In this document: piece after piece, positions 1 to 7,212 of the stretch | Position numbering within the stretch: position 1 is the first letter of the stretch | How the letters are laid out: the number at the start of each line of letters is the position of its first letter | Source: a virus | Taxonomy: Duplodnaviria; Caudoviricetes | Strand: one strand, 5' to 3' | Length of the DNA stretch: 32,636 nt | IMG/VR virus record: IMGVR_UViG_3300020044_000781 | Coordinates: 1-32,636 of that record | Notes under the pieces: generated by a model | The model's input: the letters and a program-made list of their open reading frames with translations, nothing else | Databases searched by the model: none | What the model was told of the DNA's origin: nothing | Program-made: the position numbers and the translations under genes

Positions 1-121
1 AATAAGGAGCATCTAGATTGACCCTTTCACTCTTGTTGCACTGGCGTCTGGCGCTTTCAAACTCATTAAGCAGTCTTGCGAGATGCTCAATGAGGGTAGG
101 GCATTGGTCAAGGATGTTGTC
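1..121 (+). repeat. Terminal direct repeat, copy 1 (assembly circularisation overlap)
   Basis: Bases 1-121 are identical to 32516-32636. Confidence 0.95.
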
Positions 122-751
122 GGTCAAGTTGATGGCGCTATCAATAATGTGCAAGCCATCAAGAAAGACGTCACTGGAGTCTGGGGCAGAATACTGGGAT
201 TGTTTGGAAAAGCAAAACAACCAGCTCCAAGTCCAACTCCAAAAACTCAAAGTGCAAGCGTTGCAAAACCAGCCAAGAAGGTCAAGCAAAAGGCTCCAGA
301 ATTCGATGAAAATGCAATATTTGCAGAGGTCGGGCAGAACCTTACAGAGTTTTTCAACGCGGTCAACAAACTAGATTTGTGGATCAAAGAGGAAGAAGAA
401 AAGAGTCGCCATGTATTTACACCAGATGTTGACGCCAGTAAGAACGCAATCAATCGAGTCTTGGCGCAGTTACAGATGGAGAAGATGCAGTTGGAGTTGA
501 GAGAGTTGATGGTGTATCACGTACCGCCTGAGATGAAAGACCTTTATGGACGAATCAATAAGATGCTTGGACAAATTGCAGAAGAACAGGAACTTGCTAG
601 GATGGACGAACTCCAGAAAGAACGTGAAGCAGCATGGCGAAAACGACAAATGGCCGACCAAATCAAGGACAGAGCAATGTACGCTATCCTGACCCTAGTC
701 ATGGTGGTGTGGACGTGGGCAACGATAATGGTGATGACACGTGGTACATAA
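17..751 (+). CDS. Coiled-coil protein with C-terminal transmembrane helix, first gene of the lysis region; probable ATT start at 17 (first ATG at 83)
   Basis: Frame is open from 17 (IDPFTLVALASGAFKLIKQSCEM...), with TAG at 14-16; SD AAGGAG at 4-9; C-terminal hydrophobic AMYAILTLVMVVWTWATIMVM. Confidence 0.8.
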   Translation: MDPFTLVALASGAFKLIKQSCEMLNEGRALVKDVVGQVDGAINNVQAIKKDVTGVWGRILGLFGKAKQPAPSPTPKTQSASVAKPAKKVKQKAPEFDENAIFAEVGQNLTEFFNAVNKLDLWIKEEEEKSRHVFTPDVDASKNAINRVLAQLQMEKMQLELRELMVYHVPPEMKDLYGRINKMLGQIAEEQELARMDELQKEREAAWRKRQMADQIKDRAMYAILTLVMVVWTWATIMVMTRGT

Positions 752-876
752 TCATTATCATTGTTCTCTTTACACTCATACTATTGTTTTTACCAGTGTT
801 GGGTTGGATGTATGCAGATATACGAGAAACGCAAATCAAGGTGGATAAAGTAGTCAAAAAATTGGAGTCTAAGTGA
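634..876 (+). CDS. Small single-pass membrane protein (start uncertain, possibly a later GTG)
   Basis: Hydrophobic stretch WYIIIIIVLFTLILLFLPVLGWMY followed by a short coiled coil; stop overlaps the next start (GTGA). Confidence 0.65.
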   Translation: MAKTTNGRPNQGQSNVRYPDPSHGGVDVGNDNGDDTWYIIIIIVLFTLILLFLPVLGWMYADIRETQIKVDKVVKKLESK

Positions 877-1082
877 GATATTTAATTTTGTTTTTATTGC
901 TTTTGGCGGGATGCGAAGACCGATACAGATATTTTTGCCAAAATCCTAAAAACTTTCCAACTAAGCAATGCCAACGTCCTGATTGTTTATTTACTCAAGA
1001 TTGTCCTGATTATTTAGTCGCACCAGTATTGGAGAAACAAATTGTCCAACAAGTTCCAGCTACAACGCCTACTGACAAGTGA
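873..1082 (+). CDS. Small Cys-rich lipoprotein
   Basis: Signal peptide and lipobox MRYLILFLLLLAG-C; four further Cys in the mature part. Confidence 0.8.
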   Translation: MRYLILFLLLLAGCEDRYRYFCQNPKNFPTKQCQRPDCLFTQDCPDYLVAPVLEKQIVQQVPATTPTDK

Positions 1083-1542
1083 GGAAATCGAGACGCGAGT
1101 CTGGGCCACGGTCGTCATCATCGTGACCATTATTCTTGCGGGTATCGTTATCTTTATGCTTTATAGCCTGGCGTTTGTTGTGCAGCCAATTAAATCCATG
1201 GCGCCAATTGATATGGCCTTTTCCAAAATGCTCAATGACATTGTGTTATTGATTGTTGGCGGTATTGGTGGAGTGATGAGTCGCAAAGGCGTTCAGGCAG
1301 TAGCAGATAAATTGGCCACTCCAACACCAACAAGCCCGGCTCCAGCGTCTACAACTCCCATTGTCACTCCAACACCAACGCCATCAGGGATGCCAGACTT
1401 TAACTTCATGGGATTCAAGAATCCAGAGCTAGACGAGTCCTGGCGTGCGCCTCCTCCTCCAACAACTCCAGCCGATTACATTGACCCATCAAAAGAAGAC
1501 ATTGCAAATGAACGTGCTGTCGCTAAACTGGAGGTTCAATAA
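1042..1542 (+). CDS. Two-TM membrane protein with Pro/Thr-rich tail (holin candidate)
   Basis: Hydrophobic segments VWATVVIIVTIILAGIVIFMLYSLAFVV and IVLLIVGGIGGVM; lies directly upstream of spanin and endolysin. Confidence 0.6.
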   Translation: MSNKFQLQRLLTSEEIETRVWATVVIIVTIILAGIVIFMLYSLAFVVQPIKSMAPIDMAFSKMLNDIVLLIVGGIGGVMSRKGVQAVADKLATPTPTSPAPASTTPIVTPTPTPSGMPDFNFMGFKNPELDESWRAPPPPTTPADYIDPSKEDIANERAVAKLEVQ

Positions 1543-2033
1543 TGCCTAATCCATGGTTAATCATTGGCGCCATCTTGGTCGCTATCAGTGTTTACTTTTA
1601 TGGCCACAATAAGGGGTGGAATCAGAGAGACGCAGAGATGCAAGCAGAGATCGCCAAGAAGAATGAAGAATCTCGCGCAAAGGAGCAAGAACTTGGACAA
1701 AAACTTAACGAACAATCTAGCAAATTATTGGAGGCTAATAATGGAATCGCTGAAAAACAAACTGCACTGGATCGCGCCATTCGTTCTGGCAAGTTGCGCC
1801 TCAACGCCTCAAGTTGCGTACAAACCGCCACAAGTACCGCCACTCCCACTGGAGATCGGAACCAAGCGCCAAGCCAACCTGACAGACCGGCTGACACAGC
1901 TGCTGACACCGACAGAGAAACCCTCGCAGCCATTGCCCAAATCGTCGCCGACGGAGACAAAGCCGTCAACCAATTGAACGCGTGTATAGACGCGTATAAC
2001 CAAGTACGAGGCACTTTAAATGATAAACAGTGA
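1542..2033 (+). CDS. Rz: Rz-like inner-membrane spanin
   Basis: N-terminal TM helix, coiled coil, C-terminal QLNACIDAY motif; contains an out-of-frame lipoprotein gene. Confidence 0.85.
   Translation: MPNPWLIIGAILVAISVYFYGHNKGWNQRDAEMQAEIAKKNEESRAKEQELGQKLNEQSSKLLEANNGIAEKQTALDRAIRSGKLRLNASSCVQTATSTATPTGDRNQAPSQPDRPADTAADTDRETLAAIAQIVADGDKAVNQLNACIDAYNQVRGTLNDKQ
1741..1977 (+). CDS. Rz1: Rz1-like outer-membrane spanin fully embedded in Rz (+1 frame)
   Basis: ATG at 1741 with SD GGAGG at 1730-1734; lipobox MESLKNKLHWIAPFVLAS-C followed by Pro-rich YKPPQVPPLPLE; it is the 3' part of track ORF 1564..1977. Confidence 0.8.
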   Translation: MESLKNKLHWIAPFVLASCASTPQVAYKPPQVPPLPLEIGTKRQANLTDRLTQLLTPTEKPSQPLPKSSPTETKPSTN

Positions 2034-2616
2034 TCAACTTAAACAATTGGGCATTGGCGCCGAATGGGTTGACCCATTGAATGAGACATTTCAGAAGTTC
2101 AATATACTTACGCCAAAACAACAAGGCGCATTTATTGGGCAGTGTGGGCATGAGTGCGGTAACTTCAAGGTACTCGAAGAAAACTTAAACTATCGTGCAG
2201 CCACTCTAATGAAGTTGTGGCCAAAACGATTTCCAACTCAGGAGATAGCGAATTCTTATGAAAAAAATCCTAAAAAAATTGCAAACATGGTTTACAGCTC
2301 AAGGATGGGCAATAGAGATGAGGCGTCGGGCGACGGGTATAGGTTTCGTGGGCGTGGCTGTATTCAGCTCACTGGTCACAGTAATTATTATCATGCTGGC
2401 CAGGCTTGTGGGGTCGATTTTGTAATGAGTCCCGATTTGGTGGGAACGCCAAAGTACGCTGCAATCACGGCGGGTTGGTTCTGGTCTACGCACAATTGCA
2501 ATACATTTGCGGAAAATCAGGACTGGATTGCGCTAACAAAAAAGATCAATGGGGGTACAATAGGACTCAAGGAGAGAATTGAACATACCGAGAAAGCCAT
2601 ATCGGTTTTAAGTTGA
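2020..2616 (+). CDS. Endolysin, glycoside hydrolase family 19 (chitinase-like)
   Basis: Motifs HECGNF, EENLNY, GDGYRFRGRGCIQLTG..NY, AGWFW and TKKINGG. Confidence 0.93.
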   Translation: MINSDQLKQLGIGAEWVDPLNETFQKFNILTPKQQGAFIGQCGHECGNFKVLEENLNYRAATLMKLWPKRFPTQEIANSYEKNPKKIANMVYSSRMGNRDEASGDGYRFRGRGCIQLTGHSNYYHAGQACGVDFVMSPDLVGTPKYAAITAGWFWSTHNCNTFAENQDWIALTKKINGGTIGLKERIEHTEKAISVLS

Positions 2617-2646
2617 AGGTGAGGGGTTTTTTTGCAAAGCCATTTT

Positions 2647-2672
2647 AAGGAGTCTTCGGACTCCTTTTTTTT
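2647..2672 (+). terminator. Rho-independent terminator ending the late/lysis transcript
   Basis: AAGGAGTC-TTCG-GACTCCTT hairpin with a cUUCGg tetraloop, followed by a T run; lies between convergent genes. Confidence 0.9.
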
Positions 2673-2784
2673 AATCAGAATTGAGTTTTTCTAGCGCGAC
2701 CCATGCAATTATCGCAACCACAATGATGATCGCTGACCAGAAAAACAGCAAGACGATTGTCCAAAATACTGAGATGAAGTCCAT
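2671..2784 (-). CDS. 37-aa single-pass membrane protein (below ORF-track cutoff)
   Basis: Manual translation MDFISVFWTIVLLFFWSAIIIVVAIIAWVALEKLNSD*; fills the gap at the end of the leftward operon. Confidence 0.65.
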   Translation of the reverse strand: MDFISVFWTIVLLFFWSAIIIVVAIIAWVALEKLNSD

Positions 2785-2793
2785 GGCGCCAGG

Positions 2794-3054
2794 CTATTGC
2801 GTGATGAACATGATTTCTTTCTCCAATCGTTTGACCTCAGATTTGAGTCCATCGATCTCGGCCGACTGAGCGTCTAGAACGCGCTTTAGGCGTTCTTCGG
2901 TGAACTTGGCAGCGTGAGTATATCCAATGAGAGACGCCTTGTCTGACGCCGTTCTGATGTACCAGAGAATGTCAGATTTCGACATGATGCCCAGTTCGCC
3001 ATTTGGCGTCAGAGCATTGACCAATTCTTGAAGTTCAGATTTCATTGTGGCCAT
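2794..3054 (-). CDS. Hypothetical protein with C-terminal coiled coil
   Basis: 86-aa ORF tightly packed in the leftward operon; heptad pattern in AEIDGLKSEVKRLEKEI. Confidence 0.75.
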   Translation of the reverse strand: MATMKSELQELVNALTPNGELGIMSKSDILWYIRTASDKASLIGYTHAAKFTEERLKRVLDAQSAEIDGLKSEVKRLEKEIMFITQ

Positions 3055-3056
3055 GA

Positions 3057-3245
3057 TTAAACTCTAAAAAGAAATAAGTCTAGGACAATAACAATAACGC
3101 TCACCAAAGCGATAACGCGAATGACGCGATCAGCTGGTGTTAAATGTGGAACTTGTATCTCGATACAGGCTCCAGCCTCCATCGTATTGGGAAATGCCTC
3201 ATTGAGAGTTCGCGGTGTAGGTTTAGTATTGATGTCTGGGTACAT
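3057..3245 (-). CDS. Small hypothetical protein with C-terminal TM helix
   Basis: ATG at 3245 preceded by SD AAGGA; MYPDINTKPTPRTLNEAFP...VIALVSVIVIVLDLFLF. Confidence 0.7.
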   Translation of the reverse strand: MYPDINTKPTPRTLNEAFPNTMEAGACIEIQVPHLTPADRVIRVIALVSVIVIVLDLFLFRV

Positions 3246-3316
3246 GGATAAATCCTTAATATAGTTAATAAAAACGCCAACTTGATTTGAGTCAAAGTTG
3301 GCTTGTTGTTTACTGA

Positions 3317-3532
3317 TTAAACCCAAAGAGAATAAGGTTCTCCGCCAGACAAAGCTATATCGTAGGCAGAAACAATTTGAGAAGGACGTGATGTATAAGC
3401 ACCAGCTGCTTGATCGTAAAAATCTTCACGTAATGTTGATAAATTACCGCCGCCAACTTGCACTAAATTAAAATTGGCTTTAGTTGTTAAAACAATAATT
3501 GGCGCTTTACGAGTATAAGAGAATGTTTGCAT
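3317..3532 (-). CDS. Hypothetical early protein (71 aa)
   Basis: ATG at 3532 with SD AAGGA; first gene after the leftward promoter. Confidence 0.7.
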   Translation of the reverse strand: MQTFSYTRKAPIIVLTTKANFNLVQVGGGNLSTLREDFYDQAAGAYTSRPSQIVSAYDIALSGGEPYSLWV

Positions 3533-3566
3533 TTTGCTTTCCTTGTTTTGTTGAATTGAGGACTTA

Positions 3567-3594
3567 ATCATATCACAGTTGATTACCTTGTCAA
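3567..3594 (-). promoter_or_regulatory. Strong leftward sigma70-type promoter
   Basis: Minus strand reads TTGACA-16 nt-TATGAT with a TGn extension; AT-rich tract upstream (3596-3620). Confidence 0.8.
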
Positions 3595-3629
3595 CAAATA
3601 TTTTATTTTATTATTGATTTATTCGTCAA
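3579..3629. promoter_or_regulatory. Two putative operators TTGATT-N5-GTCAA (3579-3594 and 3614-3629)
   Basis: TTGATTACCTTGTCAA and TTGATTTATTCGTCAA share TTGA-N8-TCAA dyad symmetry; each overlaps a -35 box next to an HTH gene. Confidence 0.65.
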
Positions 3630-3643
3630 AACTAAGATAACAT
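3614..3643 (+). promoter_or_regulatory. Putative rightward promoter (leaderless transcript for the HTH gene)
   Basis: TTGATT (3614-3619)-18 nt-TAACAT (3638-3643); ATG lies 7 nt downstream with no SD. Confidence 0.45.
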
Positions 3644-3650
3644 ACTCAAC

Positions 3651-3881
3651 ATGATTACACCAACACAAGCAGTTTTGCTCAACATCAAGCTCCGCGCCGA
3701 GGCGATAGGGTTCAAAATGTCCGATTTGTGCCGAGAGGCAGAGATCGATCCATCTCAAGCATCAAGGTGGATTTCGGGTAAGACTATCCCTCTGATTACC
3801 TCAGTTCGTAAGCTCGAAGACGCTTTGGTCATTTTGACCTATGCAAGAAAGCAACATCTAGGGGTAAACACTGATGATTAA
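3651..3881 (+). CDS. Cro/CI-type (XRE) helix-turn-helix regulator
   Basis: HTH pattern MSDLCREAEIDPSQASRWISGKTIP; 76 aa, no peptidase domain. Confidence 0.85.
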   Translation: MITPTQAVLLNIKLRAEAIGFKMSDLCREAEIDPSQASRWISGKTIPLITSVRKLEDALVILTYARKQHLGVNTDD

Positions 3882-4377
3882 GATTGAACGGTTCATCGGC
3901 GTTGACCCTGGGAACTTTGGCGCCATCGCTTTATTCGAGGGGAATCAATTGATTTCTATCCACGATATGCCCATCGTGGCGTTGGAGCGCAATGGGAAAA
4001 TCAAGAACTCGATGAGTGCCCAGCAATTCGCTTTTATCCTCAAAGATTTGCGCATTGACCATGCGTTTGTGGAGCGCGTTGGATCGATGCCAGGTCAAGG
4101 TGTCAGCTCAGTCTTTGCGTTTGGACGCAGTGCCGGTGTCATTGAGGGCGTCTTGGCAGCGCTAGAGATACCGATCACTTATGTGACGCCAACAAAGTGG
4201 CAGCAGTCGATGGGTCGTGGAATTGGTAAGGATTCATCGCGCCATCGCGCCATGGAGTTGTATCCATCTTTTAGCGATTACTTTAAATTGAAGAAACACG
4301 ATGGCCGAGCTGAGGCGGTCTTGATTGGCGCCTATGGGATTAAGTTGCAGAAAGGAATTGTCAATGACGCAAGATGA
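3874..4377 (+). CDS. RuvC-like Holliday junction resolvase
   Basis: IGVDPG, FVERV, SVFAFG, P..WQ and HDGRAEAVLIG acidic motifs of the RNase H fold. Confidence 0.88.
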   Translation: MIKIERFIGVDPGNFGAIALFEGNQLISIHDMPIVALERNGKIKNSMSAQQFAFILKDLRIDHAFVERVGSMPGQGVSSVFAFGRSAGVIEGVLAALEIPITYVTPTKWQQSMGRGIGKDSSRHRAMELYPSFSDYFKLKKHDGRAEAVLIGAYGIKLQKGIVNDAR

Positions 4378-4576
4378 GATCGACATTATGCGAGAGCACA
4401 TGGTTTGGCTTGGCCGACAGTTAGAGAAAGAACGTGAGCAGTCACGCGCCAAGACTCATTTGCTCAGACGGTTTCTCAATCCTGAAGATTTGGGGTTTGC
4501 AGTTAGTGATGAGGTGAGAAAGATTGCATACCAAATTATGTCAAATGAAACAATGAAAGAGAGATTTAATGACTAA
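4364..4576 (+). CDS. Hypothetical protein
   Basis: ATG at 4364 with SD AAAGGA; overlaps neighbours in operon fashion. Confidence 0.7.
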   Translation: MTQDEIDIMREHMVWLGRQLEKEREQSRAKTHLLRRFLNPEDLGFAVSDEVRKIAYQIMSNETMKERFND

Positions 4577-4769
4577 AGAACGTGAAGTGGTAGCTAATTG
4601 GATTATGGGCAAAGGTTTTGCGACTGGCCATGGAGACTCTATAGTTGATATGCTCGATGAACTTGAGTGGCAAGTTGCAGAAAGAGAACGTGAGGCGTGT
4701 GCAAGACGATTGGAACGAGTTGGGTGCCATCATTGCGCAACAAACATCAGAGCAAGGGGAAAAGCATGA
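4569..4769 (+). CDS. Hypothetical phage protein
   Basis: Phage-typical ATGHGD and EREREACA...CA..IRARG segments; coupled start and stop. Confidence 0.75.
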   Translation: MTKEREVVANWIMGKGFATGHGDSIVDMLDELEWQVAEREREACARRLERVGCHHCATNIRARGKA

Positions 4770-4990
4770 TTAAAGACGAATCTGAAAAACAATATTATTT
4801 GGTCTATGTGGTGGATGGTGTAACGTACTTACCTCATTACAGAGATTCAAGTAAGTATGTAGCGCCAGGTTGGTCAAGGCATCCAAAGACATACGATCCA
4901 GCATTACTCTTTGCAATGGGCGCTAAGACTCGAATGGAGTATTTGTGGAAACGTACTAATTTAAACGAAAACAATACGAGGTTTATATGA
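4766..4990 (+). CDS. Hypothetical protein
   Basis: ATGA coupling with both the previous and the next gene. Confidence 0.7.
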   Translation: MIKDESEKQYYLVYVVDGVTYLPHYRDSSKYVAPGWSRHPKTYDPALLFAMGAKTRMEYLWKRTNLNENNTRFI

Positions 4991-5184
4991 GAGATTCATT
5001 TGTAGCAAATGTCGCTGGATGGCGCAAGAGACAGATCGAAGAAGTCAAAATCAAAACAGACGTTGAGTTTTATAACGAGTTGCGCAACGACGTCATTGAA
5101 GAAGTCGCCAAGGAGATCGAGAGCATCAAGTTCGGCGATACATCACAATCGTTCGCAACTTATATTCGAGGAATGAAAAAGTGA
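4987..5184 (+). CDS. Hypothetical protein
   Basis: 65-aa ORF with coupled start/stop; RNDVIEEVAKEIE...SFATYIRGMK. Confidence 0.7.
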   Translation: MRDSFVANVAGWRKRQIEEVKIKTDVEFYNELRNDVIEEVAKEIESIKFGDTSQSFATYIRGMKK

Positions 5185-5399
5185 ATTTTGAATTTTTTAG
5201 TAAACCTAGAACAATTCAGGACGCCATCAGTCATGGGATTACAAGAGACATGGTTTATAACAATGTCAAAAAAGGATTGCTGATAAATTTAAACAGCAAG
5301 GACGCATGGGGCAGATCAATCAAAGGTAATGGATTGTTTGTTGTGCCAAATGCAACGCCAACAGAAATATCAACAGAATTATTTAAGGTGTGGAAATGA
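5181..5399 (+). CDS. Hypothetical protein
   Basis: GTG start with SD GAGG; coupled to both neighbours. Confidence 0.6.
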   Translation: MNFEFFSKPRTIQDAISHGITRDMVYNNVKKGLLINLNSKDAWGRSIKGNGLFVVPNATPTEISTELFKVWK

Positions 5400-6484
5400 A
5401 AAAACAACTTGTACTTAGACCCAGTTCGGCGTCGCGTTGGATACAGTGTCCCGCGAGTGTGAAGCTATCCCTCGATGTCCCTTATCAGGAATCTGGTGAC
5501 GCAGCCAAGCTCGGTACTGCGATACATACTATTGCTGAGACGTGTTATCTCACTGGCGTCGATCCTGATGGGTTTGTGGGTTCTAAGGTCGAAGGCATGA
5601 TGATTGATCAGGATAATGCTGATTTCGCCAAGGCGCATTTAAGTGCAATCCGCGAGATCGAATCAAACCAAGGCCATGTACTAGTTGAGCAGTATTTAAC
5701 GGCCTATGAGGACGAAGACGTGCGTTGTGGTGGTACAGCTGATGTTGTGTCGTGGAGCGATAGAACAGGCACATTGATTGTGGCTGATCTGAAGACGGGT
5801 CGAGGATACGTTGACGCCAACAGTGACCAGATGAAGATTTACGCTATTGGCGCAATGAGACAATCTAAATTTTTATACGGAAAGATTCAGCTCAAAGTGA
5901 TTCAGCCACATCACGGCGCTGACAGGACACATGAGATGAGCTTACAAGAGCTTAGAGACTGGCACGCCAACACTTTGATGCCAAGCATTAAAAAAGCTAC
6001 TCAGGACGATGTAGAGCCAACGCCAAGTGAGTCAGCGTGCCAGTGGTGTCCAGCAAAGATCAAGTGTCCAGCGCAAAGGCAGAACATGAGTGAGTTTGCT
6101 GATATGGCCGAGAAAAAGGTTGAGTTGACGCATTGGAGTGACGACGAGATTGGTGAGTTGTTGGATAGTGCAAAGATGGTCGAGGATTACATCAAGGCTT
6201 TGCGCGATTACGCCGAGAAGAAGATCAAGGACAAGGGCGTGATCAAGGGTTGGCAGTTGGCGCCTAAAAGAGCGCAACGCAAATGGATTGATGAGCACGC
6301 AGCGTTTAGTCGCTTGGTCGCAATGGGGTTTGATAGCTCGAAGTTGATGGTGACCGAGTTGGTGTCGCCAAGCGTTGCAGAGAAATTGATCGGTAAAGAT
6401 AATAAAGAATTGTTGGATGAGTTGACCCGTAAAGAGTCGTCTGGTCTGACTTTGGCGAAGGACGCAAGTCTTTCATTGTTGTGA
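5390..6484 (+). CDS. Cas4-like PD-(D/E)XK nuclease (DUF2800-like); start may be ATG at 5396
   Basis: PSSASRWIQCP, GTAIH, GTAD, ADLKTG, QMKIYA and CQWCPAKIKCP (four-Cys Fe-S pattern). Confidence 0.85.
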   Translation: MEMKKQLVLRPSSASRWIQCPASVKLSLDVPYQESGDAAKLGTAIHTIAETCYLTGVDPDGFVGSKVEGMMIDQDNADFAKAHLSAIREIESNQGHVLVEQYLTAYEDEDVRCGGTADVVSWSDRTGTLIVADLKTGRGYVDANSDQMKIYAIGAMRQSKFLYGKIQLKVIQPHHGADRTHEMSLQELRDWHANTLMPSIKKATQDDVEPTPSESACQWCPAKIKCPAQRQNMSEFADMAEKKVELTHWSDDEIGELLDSAKMVEDYIKALRDYAEKKIKDKGVIKGWQLAPKRAQRKWIDEHAAFSRLVAMGFDSSKLMVTELVSPSVAEKLIGKDNKELLDELTRKESSGLTLAKDASLSLL

Positions 6485-6523
6485 CGTTTAGTCACTTTTT
6501 TAAATCAGAAAGCGAAAAGCAAA

Positions 6524-7144
6524 ATGTTAAATCTTAATTTGGGTGGTTCGGGTGGCAATATCAATTTCATTCGTTTTATGCCGAGCGTCAATGCTTGGCA
6601 AAACAAGGATAAAGTTGAGTTCACTATGAAGAAAGTTGTCTTTGACATTGAGAATGTCCAGACGGGTTGGTTGCTCTTAGAGACTGGGACAAGAGATTGG
6701 CAGCCAGATGTAGCATTGGGAAAAAAGGGTGCGCAGCCGACGCCAGAGCATAAACGTGGGTTCATCGTGAAGTTCTACAATCCTGAATTAGACGTTGTGG
6801 AATGGTCAGCCAATGGGACTGGGCCGAACATTGGACTCAATGAGCTGTATCAAATGTGTTCAGCAGAGCATGGTGACAATGCTGGTCTATTGCCTCTCAT
6901 TGAATATAAGGGCGCCAGAGCTGAGAAGATCGGAAAGGGAACGACTAGAATACCTCAGTTTAAAATTGTCGAATGGGTTAAAAGACCTAAAGCAATGAAC
7001 GCTGACGGGTCAAGTTCTACTGTCAGCGCCAAACCAGTGGTAATACAAGAAGACGACTTCGATCCGTTTCCCGCGCCTAAAGCAGCAGCTGTCTCTCCAA
7101 CGCCTAAGAAAGCGCCAGTTGACGACGCAGAGATGTTTGAGTAA
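6524..7144 (+). CDS. Putative single-stranded DNA-binding/annealing protein
   Basis: Lies between nuclease and primase-helicase; beta-rich core, flexible linker and acidic-aromatic tail (DDAEMFE); followed by a terminator. Confidence 0.55.
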   Translation: MLNLNLGGSGGNINFIRFMPSVNAWQNKDKVEFTMKKVVFDIENVQTGWLLLETGTRDWQPDVALGKKGAQPTPEHKRGFIVKFYNPELDVVEWSANGTGPNIGLNELYQMCSAEHGDNAGLLPLIEYKGARAEKIGKGTTRIPQFKIVEWVKRPKAMNADGSSSTVSAKPVVIQEDDFDPFPAPKAAAVSPTPKKAPVDDAEMFE

Positions 7145-7159
7145 TTGAGTTAGTTAGCG

Positions 7160-7191
7160 CCAGAGGCTGAGAGATGCCTCTGGTTTTTTTT
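7160..7191 (+). terminator. Rho-independent terminator
   Basis: CCAGAGGC-8 nt-GCCTCTGG followed by T8. Confidence 0.85.
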
Positions 7192-7212
7192 CCCCTAAAT
7201 TTTAGGATTGAG

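Noticed and set aside
18-374. 118-aa TTG-initiated ORF
   Set aside because: It is an out-of-frame shadow of the 17..751 gene with no recognisable features, although it shares the same SD.
1-1500. GANTC enrichment suggesting CcrM-type methylation
   Set aside because: A manual count gave about 10 versus about 6 expected, too weak to claim without a proper null model.
5390-6484. CRISPR-Cas system suggested by the Cas4-like nuclease
   Set aside because: No repeat-spacer array or other cas genes; solo Cas4-like nucleases are common in phage replication modules.
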